From: Trueperaceae bacterium
Lineage (GTDB): Bacteria; Deinococcota; Deinococci; Deinococcales; Trueperaceae
Assembly: GCA_965213925.1 (NCBI GenBank)
Contig: OZ243927.1
Location: forward strand, 4,352,001-4,416,000
Direction of reading: 5' to 3'
Length of the DNA: 64,000 nucleotides
The position numbers and the translations under genes are program-made. A model generated the notes under the pieces. The model was not told the origin of the DNA. It worked only from the letters and a program-made list of their open reading frames with translations, and searched no databases. Below, piece after piece: positions 48,976-58,673 of the stretch. Within the stretch, counting starts at the first letter, position 1. Every line of letters starts with the position of its first letter.

Positions 48976-50010
48976 ATGAAGAAAACAGGCTTTCTCTTAG
49001 GTGCACTCGGGCTAGGTGCACTGACTTACGTCCTCAAGCGTCCCGCTTACGACTTCGAGGACAAAGTCGTGTTGATTACGGGCGGGTCACGCGGGCTCGG
49101 GTTGGCACTGGCGAGGGTTTTTGCGGAAGAGGGCGCACACTTGGCGCTGCTAGCTCGAGACGAGAACGAGTTGGAGAGAGCCGCAAGGGAGCTTCGCGCA
49201 AAGGGAACACAAGTCCTCACACTCCCTTGCGATGTTCGTGAACGTCAAGAGGTTGAAAATGCTGTGCAGGAGACCGTAGCGCACTTCGGCTCACTCGACG
49301 TGCTGGTCAACAACGCCGGGGTCATCCAGGCGGGACCCTTCGCGCACATGCAAGAGGATGACTTCAGAGATGCGCTCGAGGTTCACTTGTGGGGCGCACT
49401 CTACACGGTTTTAGCCGCGTTGCCGCACCTCGAGAGGATGCAAAAAGGTACGGGCGGACGCATCGTCAACATCTCTTCAATCGGTGGCAAAGTCGCCGTG
49501 CCGCACCTGCTCCCTTACGCCGTGAGCAAGTTTGCGCTGGTTGGCTTGTCAGAGGGGCTCCGCGCCGAACTCGCCCAAGCAGGCGTCAAAGTGACGACGG
49601 TCTGCCCCGGCTTGCTGCGCACAGGCTCCTACCCCAACGTGCGCCTCAAAGGACAGCACGCCCAAGAACTCGCCTGGTTCGCTGTGGGCGACTCGCTCCC
49701 TCTTCTCACCATGAGCGCACCTAAAGCGGCGCGGAAGATCGTCGAGGCGTGCCGCCGAGGAAAGGCGCAGCAGCTACTCACGCTTCCCGCGAAGGGCGCG
49801 GTGCTCGCCAATGCCCTCTTACCGGAGGTCACGGCGAAACTGCTCAGCGCAACGAACCGCCTGTTGCCGGGCGTCAATCTTGTGAACGGCGACGAAGCGA
49901 AACAGGGGCGAGAGGTCCATTCGAGCTGGGCTCCCTCCCCTTTAACGATCCTTTCGGACCGCGCCGCAAAGCGTCACAATCAGCCGCCACTTGATCGAAG
50001 TGAACGTTAG
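48976..50010 (+). CDS. SDR oxidoreductase with N-terminal membrane anchor
   Basis: TGGSRGLG, NNAG, YAVSK. Confidence 0.9.
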   Translation: MKKTGFLLGALGLGALTYVLKRPAYDFEDKVVLITGGSRGLGLALARVFAEEGAHLALLARDENELERAARELRAKGTQVLTLPCDVRERQEVENAVQETVAHFGSLDVLVNNAGVIQAGPFAHMQEDDFRDALEVHLWGALYTVLAALPHLERMQKGTGGRIVNISSIGGKVAVPHLLPYAVSKFALVGLSEGLRAELAQAGVKVTTVCPGLLRTGSYPNVRLKGQHAQELAWFAVGDSLPLLTMSAPKAARKIVEACRRGKAQQLLTLPAKGAVLANALLPEVTAKLLSATNRLLPGVNLVNGDEAKQGREVHSSWAPSPLTILSDRAAKRHNQPPLDRSER

Positions 50011-50020
50011 CAGAAGCCAT

Positions 50021-50255
50021 AAAAAAGCGCTCGTCCTGAGCGCGTCTCCCTGTTGATTGATAAAAAGTATTATATACCCGTATACGTTATTCGTCAAGAG
50101 GTTGCACCCAAACTCGGACAAAAGTTTGTGTAACGCTTCTCGAGGTTCTTAAAGAACACTGTTGAGGACAAGAAAATCGGCTGTTCTGAGGTTCACGGCT
50201 AGGTTCACCGTGCTGAACGGTGCTAAGTGAGTTTCGTCCGGGTTTTAGGTTGCAC
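50021..50255. repeat. family A element, copy 2
   Basis: Minus-strand TTGACG-N17-TATAAT (50097-50069); GCGCTC-AGGAC-GAGCGC-T6; IR segment 50100-50255. Confidence 0.8.
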
Positions 50256-50383
50256 CGGGATTCGAAAAAAGGGGTGCACAAACCGCTCTAAACTCGAAAG
50301 AACACCTCTCGCTCAGGTTGCGACGGTTGAATCTAGGGGATACTCACCTTTTGTCCAGCTCTTTCTCTCGTCGTTGAAACTGC

Positions 50384-50974
50384 TCAGGGCAGCTTTGCTA
50401 TAACGGCTTCGCTCAGCCATACTCGAGCCTGATCAGGGAAACGTCGGGGCGCGGTAGGCTCGCTCAGCTCGAGGCTACTCACTGCTCCGTATATCTCGCC
50501 CTGCGGCTCAACATAGACCTCCAAACGCTTCTCTGCGAGGTTAAAGAGCCAGACCTCTTGCACATCTGCAGCGGCGTAAAGGGGCAGCTTCACCTTACGG
50601 TCTTTAAGCAGCGTGGTGTCCGAAACCTCGATCAGCAAATAAACATCTTCGGGTTGCGGGTGGTCCTCGTAGTCGCGCCGCGCTAAGAGCATCAGGTCAG
50701 GCACGGGCAGTTGGCGGTCATCTAAGTCAGTCGAGAGCCGCAGCGGATTCTGCACATCAATTTTGGCGACGTTTAGGAAAGCTAGGGATAACGTTTCGGT
50801 GAGTTCACGTACGACTAGCGCGTGGGGCGGGTTGACGGTTATAGGGACGATGCTCCCATGTAGAAGTTCGACGCGCTCGTCCTCACCTAAAATTCCTGCT
50901 CGCTCCATCGCCAGCAGTTCGCGGTAGGTGAACGCGCGAGGTTCGTATTCAGGTTGCAGCCTGGGAAGCGCCAT
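50384..50974 (-). CDS. Uma2 family (PD-(D/E)XK-like) endonuclease
   Basis: ERVELLHG, PVPDL, LLIEVSDTTL.KDR..KLPLYA. Confidence 0.92.
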   Translation of the reverse strand: MALPRLQPEYEPRAFTYRELLAMERAGILGEDERVELLHGSIVPITVNPPHALVVRELTETLSLAFLNVAKIDVQNPLRLSTDLDDRQLPVPDLMLLARRDYEDHPQPEDVYLLIEVSDTTLLKDRKVKLPLYAAADVQEVWLFNLAEKRLEVYVEPQGEIYGAVSSLELSEPTAPRRFPDQARVWLSEAVIAKLP

Positions 50975-51084
50975 AGCTCTATCTTACCGCACGTGAACGG
51001 CAGCTTGGGCTCGAGCCTCAATTTGTAGGGGAACAAAAAAATCGCCGGGGACCTTTCGCAACACGTCCTTAGCGTATATATACT

Positions 51085-51150
51085 TTAAGTATACGCCCGT
51101 ATGCGCTATTCGCCAAGAGGTTGCACTCAAACCCCGACGAAAGTCTGTAT
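51085..51150. repeat. family A element, partial copy 3
   Basis: Minus-strand TTGGCG-N17-TATACT (51116-51088) followed by GGTTGCACTCAAACCCCGACGAAAGTCTGTAT. Confidence 0.75.
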
Positions 51151-51414
51151 ACTCAAAGATGGACCAGCGAACGAGCTTTTCAGCTGCCTTTTTACGACCT
51201 CTTCTCGGTTTGCAAGTCGAGGTGCGGGCGTTACCGAGTCGCCCTAGACGCGCCGAGTTGCTTGAAGAGGTCGCCTGGGTTAGTCCTCGCGGCGCGCGTA
51301 AAGGACGTGCGCAAGCTGCAGAGAAAACGTTTCGCTAACCTCGCACTGAGCCCCGCTAGAAATATGAGGATTTGCGCTCCACACGTGTGAGCGCGCCGTT
51401 ACAATGGTCGGCAT

Positions 51415-52527
51415 ATGACTTTTAATGACATGCTCACCCAGTTCGTCGCCAAGGGCGCATCAGACATCCATCTGCACGCCGGACTTCCGCCGATGGCGCG
51501 TATCGGCGGCAAGCTCGTACCCGTAGGTCAAACCCAACTCACGCCCGCGATGACCGACTCGTTCGTCAAGATTATGTGCGATGACCGTCAAAAAGCGATC
51601 TTTCAGGAGAAGCATCAGGCGGACCTTGCCTACAGCATTCCCGGTATGAGCCGCTTTCGCGTGAACCTCTTTCGGCAGCGCGGCTCGGTCAGCGCGGTGC
51701 TGCGCGTGATCAACAGTGACGAGTCGCAGCTCCAGGTGGTGAATTTAGCGCCGGAACTTATCGAGTATTTCCGCGACCAAGAGAAGGGACTCATCCTCGT
51801 AACGGGTCCGACAGGCTCGGGTAAGTCCACCACGCTCTCGCGCATCATCGACGAGATCAACGTGGCGCACAACAAGATGATCATCACCGTCGAGGACCCC
51901 ATCGAGTATTTGCACCGGGCGAAAAAGTCGGTCATCGTCCAGCGGGAAATCGGCGTGGACGCGCCGTCCTTTAGCGAGGCGCTCGTCGCGGCGATGCGCC
52001 AGGACCCCGAGGTCATCATGATCGGGGAGATTCGCGACTACGCGACAGCTTCCGCGGCGATTTCCGCGGCGCAGACGGGTCACTTGGTCTTCAGCACGCT
52101 CCACACGCTCGACACGGTGCGCACGGTCAACCGCGTGATGGAACTCTTCCCGCCGCACGAACGCGACTCGGCGCGCATACTTTTCGCGGACTCTTTAGTC
52201 GGCATCGTGTCCCAGCGGCTCTTGCCGCGCATGGGCGGCGGGCGCGTGGCGGCGATGGAGATCATGAAGGGCACGCTCCGCATCAAAGACCTCTTGCGCG
52301 ACGAAGACCGCAACGCAGAGCTTTATGACGCGCTTAAAGACTCGAGGCTCGACGGAATGCAGATTTTTGACGACGCTTTAGCCGACCTTTACCGAGACGA
52401 CCTCATCGACTACGTGACCGGCATGACCGCCGCAACGAGTTCGCAAGCCTTTAAGATGGCGGCGACGCAAATTGACATCCAGAGAGACCGCAGCACGCCG
52501 AGCGTCGGACTGACCCAGTTCGGGTAA
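51415..52527 (+). CDS. pilT: type IV pilus retraction ATPase PilT/PilU
   Basis: ASDIHL, GPTGSGKST, EDPIE, RQDPEVIMIGEIRD, TGHLVFSTLH. Confidence 0.9.
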   Translation: MTFNDMLTQFVAKGASDIHLHAGLPPMARIGGKLVPVGQTQLTPAMTDSFVKIMCDDRQKAIFQEKHQADLAYSIPGMSRFRVNLFRQRGSVSAVLRVINSDESQLQVVNLAPELIEYFRDQEKGLILVTGPTGSGKSTTLSRIIDEINVAHNKMIITVEDPIEYLHRAKKSVIVQREIGVDAPSFSEALVAAMRQDPEVIMIGEIRDYATASAAISAAQTGHLVFSTLHTLDTVRTVNRVMELFPPHERDSARILFADSLVGIVSQRLLPRMGGGRVAAMEIMKGTLRIKDLLRDEDRNAELYDALKDSRLDGMQIFDDALADLYRDDLIDYVTGMTAATSSQAFKMAATQIDIQRDRSTPSVGLTQFG

Positions 52528-52636
52528 GCGATCTAAAGCTCCAGATTAAAAAACCAAGATGCCGTTCATGTGTCCTGGTTCCTTGCAGCCCTCATGCGGT
52601 TTCCGGATAAAAGGGCAGTGTGGCATACTAAAATCT

Positions 52637-53092
52637 ATGCGCTATCAGCTCGTCACCATCGGACAACTCAAGCGCGGTTTTATCCGCGAGGGGTGTCGGC
52701 ACTTTTTGACGCGCTTGGAGAAGTACGCCAAAGTCGAGGTTGTCGAGCTGAAAGAGGGTAAGGGACGCGCCGAAGAGGTCCAAGCGAGAGAGGGCGAGGC
52801 GCTGCTGGGGGCGGCGAGCGGCTACCTCATCGCGCTGGACGAGCGCGGCAAAGAGCGGCGCTCGGCTGAGCTTGCCGAGCGCATCACGGCGTTGGAAAAC
52901 CGTTCTGTCGGTCAGGTCAGCGTGCTCATCGGCGGGGCGGAAGGGCTTAGCGGTGAGGTCAAGCGGCGCGCGGACGAGTCGTGGAGCCTGTCTAAGCTGA
53001 CGCTGCCGCACGAACTCGCCCGGCTCGTCTTGTTAGAGCAGCTTTACCGCCTGGAGACGATACGCTCAGGGCATCCGTATCATAGGGAGTGA
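52637..53092 (+). CDS. rlmH: 23S rRNA (pseudouridine1915-N3)-methyltransferase
   Basis: LDERGK, IGGAEGL, SLSKLTLPHELARLVLLEQLYR, HPYHRE. Confidence 0.96.
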   Translation: MRYQLVTIGQLKRGFIREGCRHFLTRLEKYAKVEVVELKEGKGRAEEVQAREGEALLGAASGYLIALDERGKERRSAELAERITALENRSVGQVSVLIGGAEGLSGEVKRRADESWSLSKLTLPHELARLVLLEQLYRLETIRSGHPYHRE

Positions 53093-53244
53093 TACCAATT
53101 CCGATTAATTCGCGCATGATAGCGAACCAATCTGAGCGTTTCACGAAGTCGCCAGCGGGAGCGGTTTCCTTCGGAAGTACTTCGTGAACCACGCGATGCG
53201 TAGCCTTACGAATAGGAACAAAGATACGGGTGGAGTGGACGCCG

Positions 53245-54549
53245 TCACTCCGTAGGCGCGTCGCCCACCGCTTGTGCCCAGGTGATAAAAGCGGGGTCGG
53301 TCAGTTCGGGGATGGAGAAGGGGGTGATGATGATGTCGTCGTCCTCTTCAAAGGTCCGCGGGTCGAAGAGGCTGATGGTCCCACCCAGGGCGAAGTAGAC
53401 GAAGCTATTGTTGGGCTCGTACACGGCGTCCGCCGCGCTGATGTCTGCCGCCTCTTCAGCGGCTGAGGTGATATCCGCGTGGACCGTGAACTCGTCCTCG
53501 CCCAACACGAACACGCGGCCGAGTTCTAAGAAGGGGTCGGCGATGAGCTTTCTACTCTCTTCTATCGTACCGATGCGGCTACCTAACGCGGGTTCGTCTT
53601 CTGCGTTCGGACCGGTGCTCGCGTAGTTGCGAATCGGCACGAAGCTCTCCTCGAGCAGCGTCACGAGAACGGGCGCGTCGGTAGCGGCGTCGGGGTCGTC
53701 GTCGCCGGTGTCGCGCACGAGTCCCAAATCCACAGCGTCCTGGTTGTCGTTCGGCACGTCGATGACCTCCGCTACGTCGCTGTCAGGTCCGGGGCTGGTG
53801 TCGATGTCCGGGTTGTTGTCGTTTTCGCTCGGCAGCGTGACCTCGGTGACCTGGACGCTCGTCGGGTCGTCCCGGAAGAAGTAGAGGCGGTCGCCCCCGG
53901 CGTTGGCGCGTGCTTGGCGCAGAAAGAAGCTCGAGGGCTCAATTTGGATGCTGAAGCGCTCGAGCAGCTTAGGCGGTCCCGTCTCCGGCTCCAAGTCGAT
54001 CACGTCCACTGCGGCGAGCCGCGACAAGCCGCAGGGCTCGCCGTCGTGGAGCAGCGCGGCGTAGCGCCCCTCGCTGCTGACTTGCACGTCGACGGGGCAG
54101 AAGTCCAGGTTGAGCGGCAGCTCGGGCTCGGTGGTGTCCAAAGCGTTCGCGTTAAGCGCGACGTTCTCCCTGGTCAGCTGAAAGTTCGCGAGGTTGCTCG
54201 CGCTGAGATTTTCCAGGTCAAAAAAGCTGAGAAACGCCGCGCTGCCGCTCGCCGCGTCGTCGCGGCTCAACACGACCAAGCTGTCTCTCGTGAAGTTGCG
54301 GTCGGTAAGGTCGTGGGCGACGGGCGCGGCGGGCAGGAAACGGCTGCTTCCCTCTAAAAAGGTGAGCCTGTCGGGTGAAGCGCCGGAGACCGCGAAAGCG
54401 TCCTCGACCAGAGCGACGCTGCCTTGCGCGCCCGCTTCGTAGCCGACGACGAGCAAGATGGGTGTACCCGTTTCGCTGGTGCCCGTGCAGGCGACCAGCG
54501 ACATCAGCAACGACACGAGTAAGGCAAAAAGCAAGGCGAAACGTTTCAT
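53245..54549 (-). CDS. acidic beta-rich lipoprotein
   Basis: LVAC lipobox; last gene of the Lpt-like cluster. Confidence 0.8.
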   Translation of the reverse strand: MKRFALLFALLVSLLMSLVACTGTSETGTPILLVVGYEAGAQGSVALVEDAFAVSGASPDRLTFLEGSSRFLPAAPVAHDLTDRNFTRDSLVVLSRDDAASGSAAFLSFFDLENLSASNLANFQLTRENVALNANALDTTEPELPLNLDFCPVDVQVSSEGRYAALLHDGEPCGLSRLAAVDVIDLEPETGPPKLLERFSIQIEPSSFFLRQARANAGGDRLYFFRDDPTSVQVTEVTLPSENDNNPDIDTSPGPDSDVAEVIDVPNDNQDAVDLGLVRDTGDDDPDAATDAPVLVTLLEESFVPIRNYASTGPNAEDEPALGSRIGTIEESRKLIADPFLELGRVFVLGEDEFTVHADITSAAEEAADISAADAVYEPNNSFVYFALGGTISLFDPRTFEEDDDIIITPFSIPELTDPAFITWAQAVGDAPTE

Positions 54550-54597
54550 ATTGACCTCTCTAACGTTGGCGTGAGGGTAGCGCGCATGATGAAACCT

Positions 54598-57500
54598 CTA
54601 CTCCGACCGGCGGCGCGGTAGGGCGAGCGGCGTGTCCAAGGCTTGCTGAAAGAGACCCGTCTCCTCGCCCGGAAAGCCTAGCGCGATTTCGAGCGTGCCG
54701 TCTCTCGTGTCGAGCGAGCCGTAGAGTGCCCAGCAGCAGCGGTCCCAGGTGACGTAGAGGATCGGCTGAAAGTTGAAGGCGCTGCTAAGGTCCGAGTCGG
54801 CGCTCGTGCCCGTGAAGTCCCAAATATCGTTCAGCAGCGCGGAGACGTAGACCTCATTCGTGACTCGAGCCGTCACGCCGAATTCGTCGAATTCCAGGGT
54901 GCTCGCGGTGAGTTCGCCGTCACCACTAAGCTCGGCGTTGTACTCGAGCCCGCCCTGCACGCCGAAGCGCGAGAAGAAGTCGCTGAACAGGACGAGGTCA
55001 GCGTTGTCAAGGTACGTTCTGGCGAGCTGCGCGTCCGCTAAGAGGAGTTCGCTAGAGAGGTTGACGCGAAAGCCGATGTCCCCCGCGCGGGTGCCGATGT
55101 AGGTGCTGGGCAATTCGACGAGGAACTCGAGCTGCGTGTCCCTATAGCCGCCTACGCCGCCGGAACGAGTCTCCAAGTCGCGGTCGTAGGTCGTGCTGTA
55201 GGTGAGTTCCCAAGTGCGGTCGTCGTCGGGCTGCGTCTCGTCGCGCAGGCTCACGCTGAAGTCCGCTTCGCCGTCCGGGTTGACCTCCAACCCGAGCGCG
55301 GAGGGCGGTACGAGCCTGTAGCCCGTCGCCTCGGCGCTTATAACGTCCTCCCAGGTGAGGTTGTAGAGGGTCTCGTCGGCGTCGTCGTTCGCGAAGTCGA
55401 AGGTCTGCGTGGCGCGGGCGGTGAAGGGTCCGTAGCGCCCAGTCACCTCATAACCGAGTTCTTGGGTCTCGCCCTGCGCCAAGTTGCGGGTGTAGAAGAG
55501 GCGCGCGCCGGGCAGGTCGTCCTCCTGCTCCAAGCTACCTAAAGTCGCGCCGAGTTCCAGCGGCTTACGCTCGCCGACGATCTCGTTCTCGCCGTCCACT
55601 TGGACGGTGTTGTATTCGTAGCCGCCCGAGAGGTCGACGCTGAAGAGGTTGCGGTAGCCGAGTTCGGCTTCGACGGTGGTCTCGGACTCGTCCACCTCAT
55701 CCTCCGCGCCGTCGGTGCGGTTCGTGCTGGTCGTGTCGAAGTCTTGAACGTTCTCGAAGCTGAGCCGCCCGTTGACGGTCGCGTCGGGCGAGCTTAGGAT
55801 GACCGTGGTGTCCAAGGTGCCGGGGTCCTCCTCCTCGAAGTCGTAGTCGTTGGCGAACGTGACGTCCAACCAGGTGAGGTTGCCGAACAGCTCGAGGCGG
55901 GACTCGAGCGGCCCCGCCCCTACCTCGTCGGGGGTGCGGGTGTCCACGAAGACGTAGGTCTGGTCGAGGTTCAAACGGAGCCAAGCGGAAGGCGTGAGCA
56001 CGAGGGAAGACGCGAGGTCGGTGCGCGTCTGCGACGCCGAGAGCGTGTCGAAGCGAAAGGGCGTCTCGCCCTCGTTCACGTCGCGGCGGAAGGTCGCCGA
56101 AAGCGTACCGACGCCGAAATCTTGCGCCGCGCCCAGCTCGCTATTCCAGTTTACGAGCCGCTCGCCCGTCGTGTAGTAGCGCCCCGTAAAGTCGGTGAAG
56201 CCCGATACGCTAAAGCCCGGCAGCGGCGTGAGTGTGTCTAACGACAAGCGGTGGCGCTCCACGAGCCGCCCGGCGGTGGACTTGGGCGAGAGCGACGCGC
56301 TGCGGTTGCCTGGGCTGCTCGCGTCTTCGAACACGCCCACGTCCACGAGGACCTCGGAGAGCGTAAAGGGTCCGATGCTGAAGTCCGCGCTCTCGGTCGG
56401 CTGCAGCGTGACCCGCCCGTAGGTGAGTTCGGGCGTGTTCCGCCCGGCGTAGGAGGGCAGCGTTACGTCGTCCGTTTTGTCGAAGTCGTAGTACCCTTGC
56501 GTGAAAAAGCGCGCGTCCAGAGCGTACAAAGACCCTCCGAAGAGCGTATCCGTGTAGGAGACGCCGTACTCGCCGATGCGCTGGTTCTCCTCGTCGTCGC
56601 GCTCGGCGACAACGCTCAGTTGCGGGATGTTCAAGTTCTCGATCGTGTCGTAGGCGAAGCGGAAGGAGAACGCGTTGCGGGTGCTCTCCCTTTCTCCCTC
56701 GTCTCCTTCTCCTTCGTCAAAGGCAGGCAAGTAGAAGAAATCTACCTCGCCCTGACCCTGCGCCGTGTAGAAGTTGTGGTCGAAGCCGCCGCCTATGTAG
56801 CTCTTGTCGATGCGTCCACCAAAAAAGCTCTCCGTAAAGCCGTTGCCCGCGCCCGGCGTCACGTCGGCGTAGTAGCGCAGCGAGGTCGTGCCGAAGGCGC
56901 TCGCGCCGACTACATAAGGCCAGTCGAGCGCGACCTCCGCGCCGTTGTCGTTACTCACCAGACCGGTTCCCTGGCTTATGCTGAAGCGCGGTTGGCGCTC
57001 CTGCGGACCGAGCGGGATGACGAGCAGCGGCAAGAAGAGCACGGGTGCTTCGCGCACGAGCACGCTCACGTCGAACGCGACCAAGCGGTCGCCCGGATAG
57101 AGACGCATCCTCTCGGCGCGAAACGAGTAGTCCTGCCGCTCCTGGTTGCAGCGGCTGCAGGGGCTGAACGCGCCCGAGGTGATGTTGACCTGACCCGGCA
57201 ACCGCTCCGCGCTGACGCCCTGGATGTCGATGGGCGCGGTGAAGATAAACACGTCTTGCGCCGTAAATTCCTGCGTGGAGAGGTCCACGACGTAGTCCTC
57301 GCCCTGCGTCGCGATGTCGTCGTAGGTGAGGTCGCCTGCGCCGACGATGCGCAAGAGGCGGCTCTCGCGGTCGAACTCGATGTATTCGGCGGTGATCTCG
57401 TCGTCGTCTACGCGCAGCCGCACGGGAGAGCCCGAAATCACGATAAGTTCGCCCTCGCTCCCGTCGGGCAGGGTGATGGGGCGGCGCTCCAAGGTGTCCG

Positions 57501-57600
57501 CTGAAAGCACCTCGATGCGCACGGCGAGGGCGAGCGGGGCGAGCCCTAAGAGGATGAGGCTGAGGAGGAGCCTGGGGAGCCCCGACACGACAGTCGGCAC
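54598..57600 (-). CDS. large LptD/OstA-like outer-membrane beta-barrel protein
   Basis: Signal peptide; N-terminal OstA-like repeats, FSPCSRC..YSFRAERM..YPGD; beta-strand-rich C-terminus; follows LptF/G-like genes; start re-called to GTG 57600. Confidence 0.75.
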   Translation of the reverse strand: MPTVVSGLPRLLLSLILLGLAPLALAVRIEVLSADTLERRPITLPDGSEGELIVISGSPVRLRVDDDEITAEYIEFDRESRLLRIVGAGDLTYDDIATQGEDYVVDLSTQEFTAQDVFIFTAPIDIQGVSAERLPGQVNITSGAFSPCSRCNQERQDYSFRAERMRLYPGDRLVAFDVSVLVREAPVLFLPLLVIPLGPQERQPRFSISQGTGLVSNDNGAEVALDWPYVVGASAFGTTSLRYYADVTPGAGNGFTESFFGGRIDKSYIGGGFDHNFYTAQGQGEVDFFYLPAFDEGEGDEGERESTRNAFSFRFAYDTIENLNIPQLSVVAERDDEENQRIGEYGVSYTDTLFGGSLYALDARFFTQGYYDFDKTDDVTLPSYAGRNTPELTYGRVTLQPTESADFSIGPFTLSEVLVDVGVFEDASSPGNRSASLSPKSTAGRLVERHRLSLDTLTPLPGFSVSGFTDFTGRYYTTGERLVNWNSELGAAQDFGVGTLSATFRRDVNEGETPFRFDTLSASQTRTDLASSLVLTPSAWLRLNLDQTYVFVDTRTPDEVGAGPLESRLELFGNLTWLDVTFANDYDFEEEDPGTLDTTVILSSPDATVNGRLSFENVQDFDTTSTNRTDGAEDEVDESETTVEAELGYRNLFSVDLSGGYEYNTVQVDGENEIVGERKPLELGATLGSLEQEDDLPGARLFYTRNLAQGETQELGYEVTGRYGPFTARATQTFDFANDDADETLYNLTWEDVISAEATGYRLVPPSALGLEVNPDGEADFSVSLRDETQPDDDRTWELTYSTTYDRDLETRSGGVGGYRDTQLEFLVELPSTYIGTRAGDIGFRVNLSSELLLADAQLARTYLDNADLVLFSDFFSRFGVQGGLEYNAELSGDGELTASTLEFDEFGVTARVTNEVYVSALLNDIWDFTGTSADSDLSSAFNFQPILYVTWDRCCWALYGSLDTRDGTLEIALGFPGEETGLFQQALDTPLALPRRRSE

Positions 57601-58673
57601 TACCGCCTCCAGCTCAGCGACAAGAGCACGCTCGCCGCCACCGCATAGAGTGCGACGGGCAACCAGCCCGCCACGTATGCGGGGATGGTCCCCTGCGCGC
57701 CCAAAAGCTTCGAGACGCTCCACACCGCGTAGTAGATAAAGGTCAAAAAGAGCACCGAGACGAGCCCCAAGCCGAAGTTGCGGCGGAAGCTGTAGAGCCC
57801 GATGGCGAGGGCGAACATCGCAAACGCGGTCGCCGCTAAAGGCTCGGCGAACTTGCGGTGGAGCGCCGTCCACTCCGCGCTCTGCTGAAAGCCGCCGCCG
57901 TTACGCAGGCGCGACAGAAGCTCGCCCATCGGCAGCTTGGTCAGGTCGGGCGTTTCGGGGCTGCTCGTGGCGAGGTTGCGCACGGGCAAGGTCGCGCCGA
58001 CAGCGGGCGCGTCTAAGATGGGCTGTCCTTGGCGGTACTTCACGAAGCGGATGCCCTCCAAGCGCCACACGCCCGCCTCCTCATCCAACACGCCGCGCTC
58101 CGCCCGGATGACCTCTTTGGGTCCGAGCGAGTTCTCCGGCTGGATGACGGTCACACCGCTCACATTGCCACCCGGCTCCAAGCTTTCGATATAGACGCTG
58201 CGCCCGAGCGCGTCGGTGAAGAAGTTGCCCGCTTCGACTAACGCTTGCGGGCTCTGGATCAAGATATCCTTCTGGACCTCCTGCGCCCGTTGGTCGCTCC
58301 AGGGAACGACGAGTTCGTTGTTGATAAAGCTGACCGCGCTGACCGCGAGCCCTAGGAGTAAAAGCGGAATCAAAAACTGCTTAGGACTGAGCCCTAAGAG
58401 GAGCCCCGCTTTGATTTCGCTGTCTTGGTTGAGGCGGGTGACGCCTAAAAGCGCCGCGAATAGGAGCGCCAAGGGGATACCCATGCCCGCCGCGCTCGGC
58501 AAGCTGAAGAGCAAAAACTCGGCGACTAAAGCGGGGCTGACGCCCCTCGAGATCGCCCCCGCCAAGATGTCCAAGAGGTACGCGCCCAAAAGGAGAATGA
58601 GGAGCGCGGTGAAGCCCGCCGCGTAGAGCGGCAAGATTTCGCGGATGAGGTAGAAGCTGAAGCGTTTGTTCAT
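57600..58673 (-). CDS. LptF/LptG family permease
   Basis: YLIREI, RLNQDSEIKA, HRKFAEPLA. Confidence 0.88.
   Translation of the reverse strand: MNKRFSFYLIREILPLYAAGFTALLILLLGAYLLDILAGAISRGVSPALVAEFLLFSLPSAAGMGIPLALLFAALLGVTRLNQDSEIKAGLLLGLSPKQFLIPLLLLGLAVSAVSFINNELVVPWSDQRAQEVQKDILIQSPQALVEAGNFFTDALGRSVYIESLEPGGNVSGVTVIQPENSLGPKEVIRAERGVLDEEAGVWRLEGIRFVKYRQGQPILDAPAVGATLPVRNLATSSPETPDLTKLPMGELLSRLRNGGGFQQSAEWTALHRKFAEPLAATAFAMFALAIGLYSFRRNFGLGLVSVLFLTFIYYAVWSVSKLLGAQGTIPAYVAGWLPVALYAVAASVLLSLSWRR

Noticed and set aside
56251..57504. Long antisense ORFs (also 30908..31822, 41587..42294, 28746..29555, 26695..27339, 353..874)
   Set aside because: Shadows of well-supported genes on the opposite strand, as expected in GC-rich coding DNA; no motifs
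57601..57873. N-terminal extensions in the ORF track (also 48607, 60014, 59875, 27822, 16098, 52559)
   Set aside because: They overlap neighbouring genes or repeats; downstream starts have -10 or SD support
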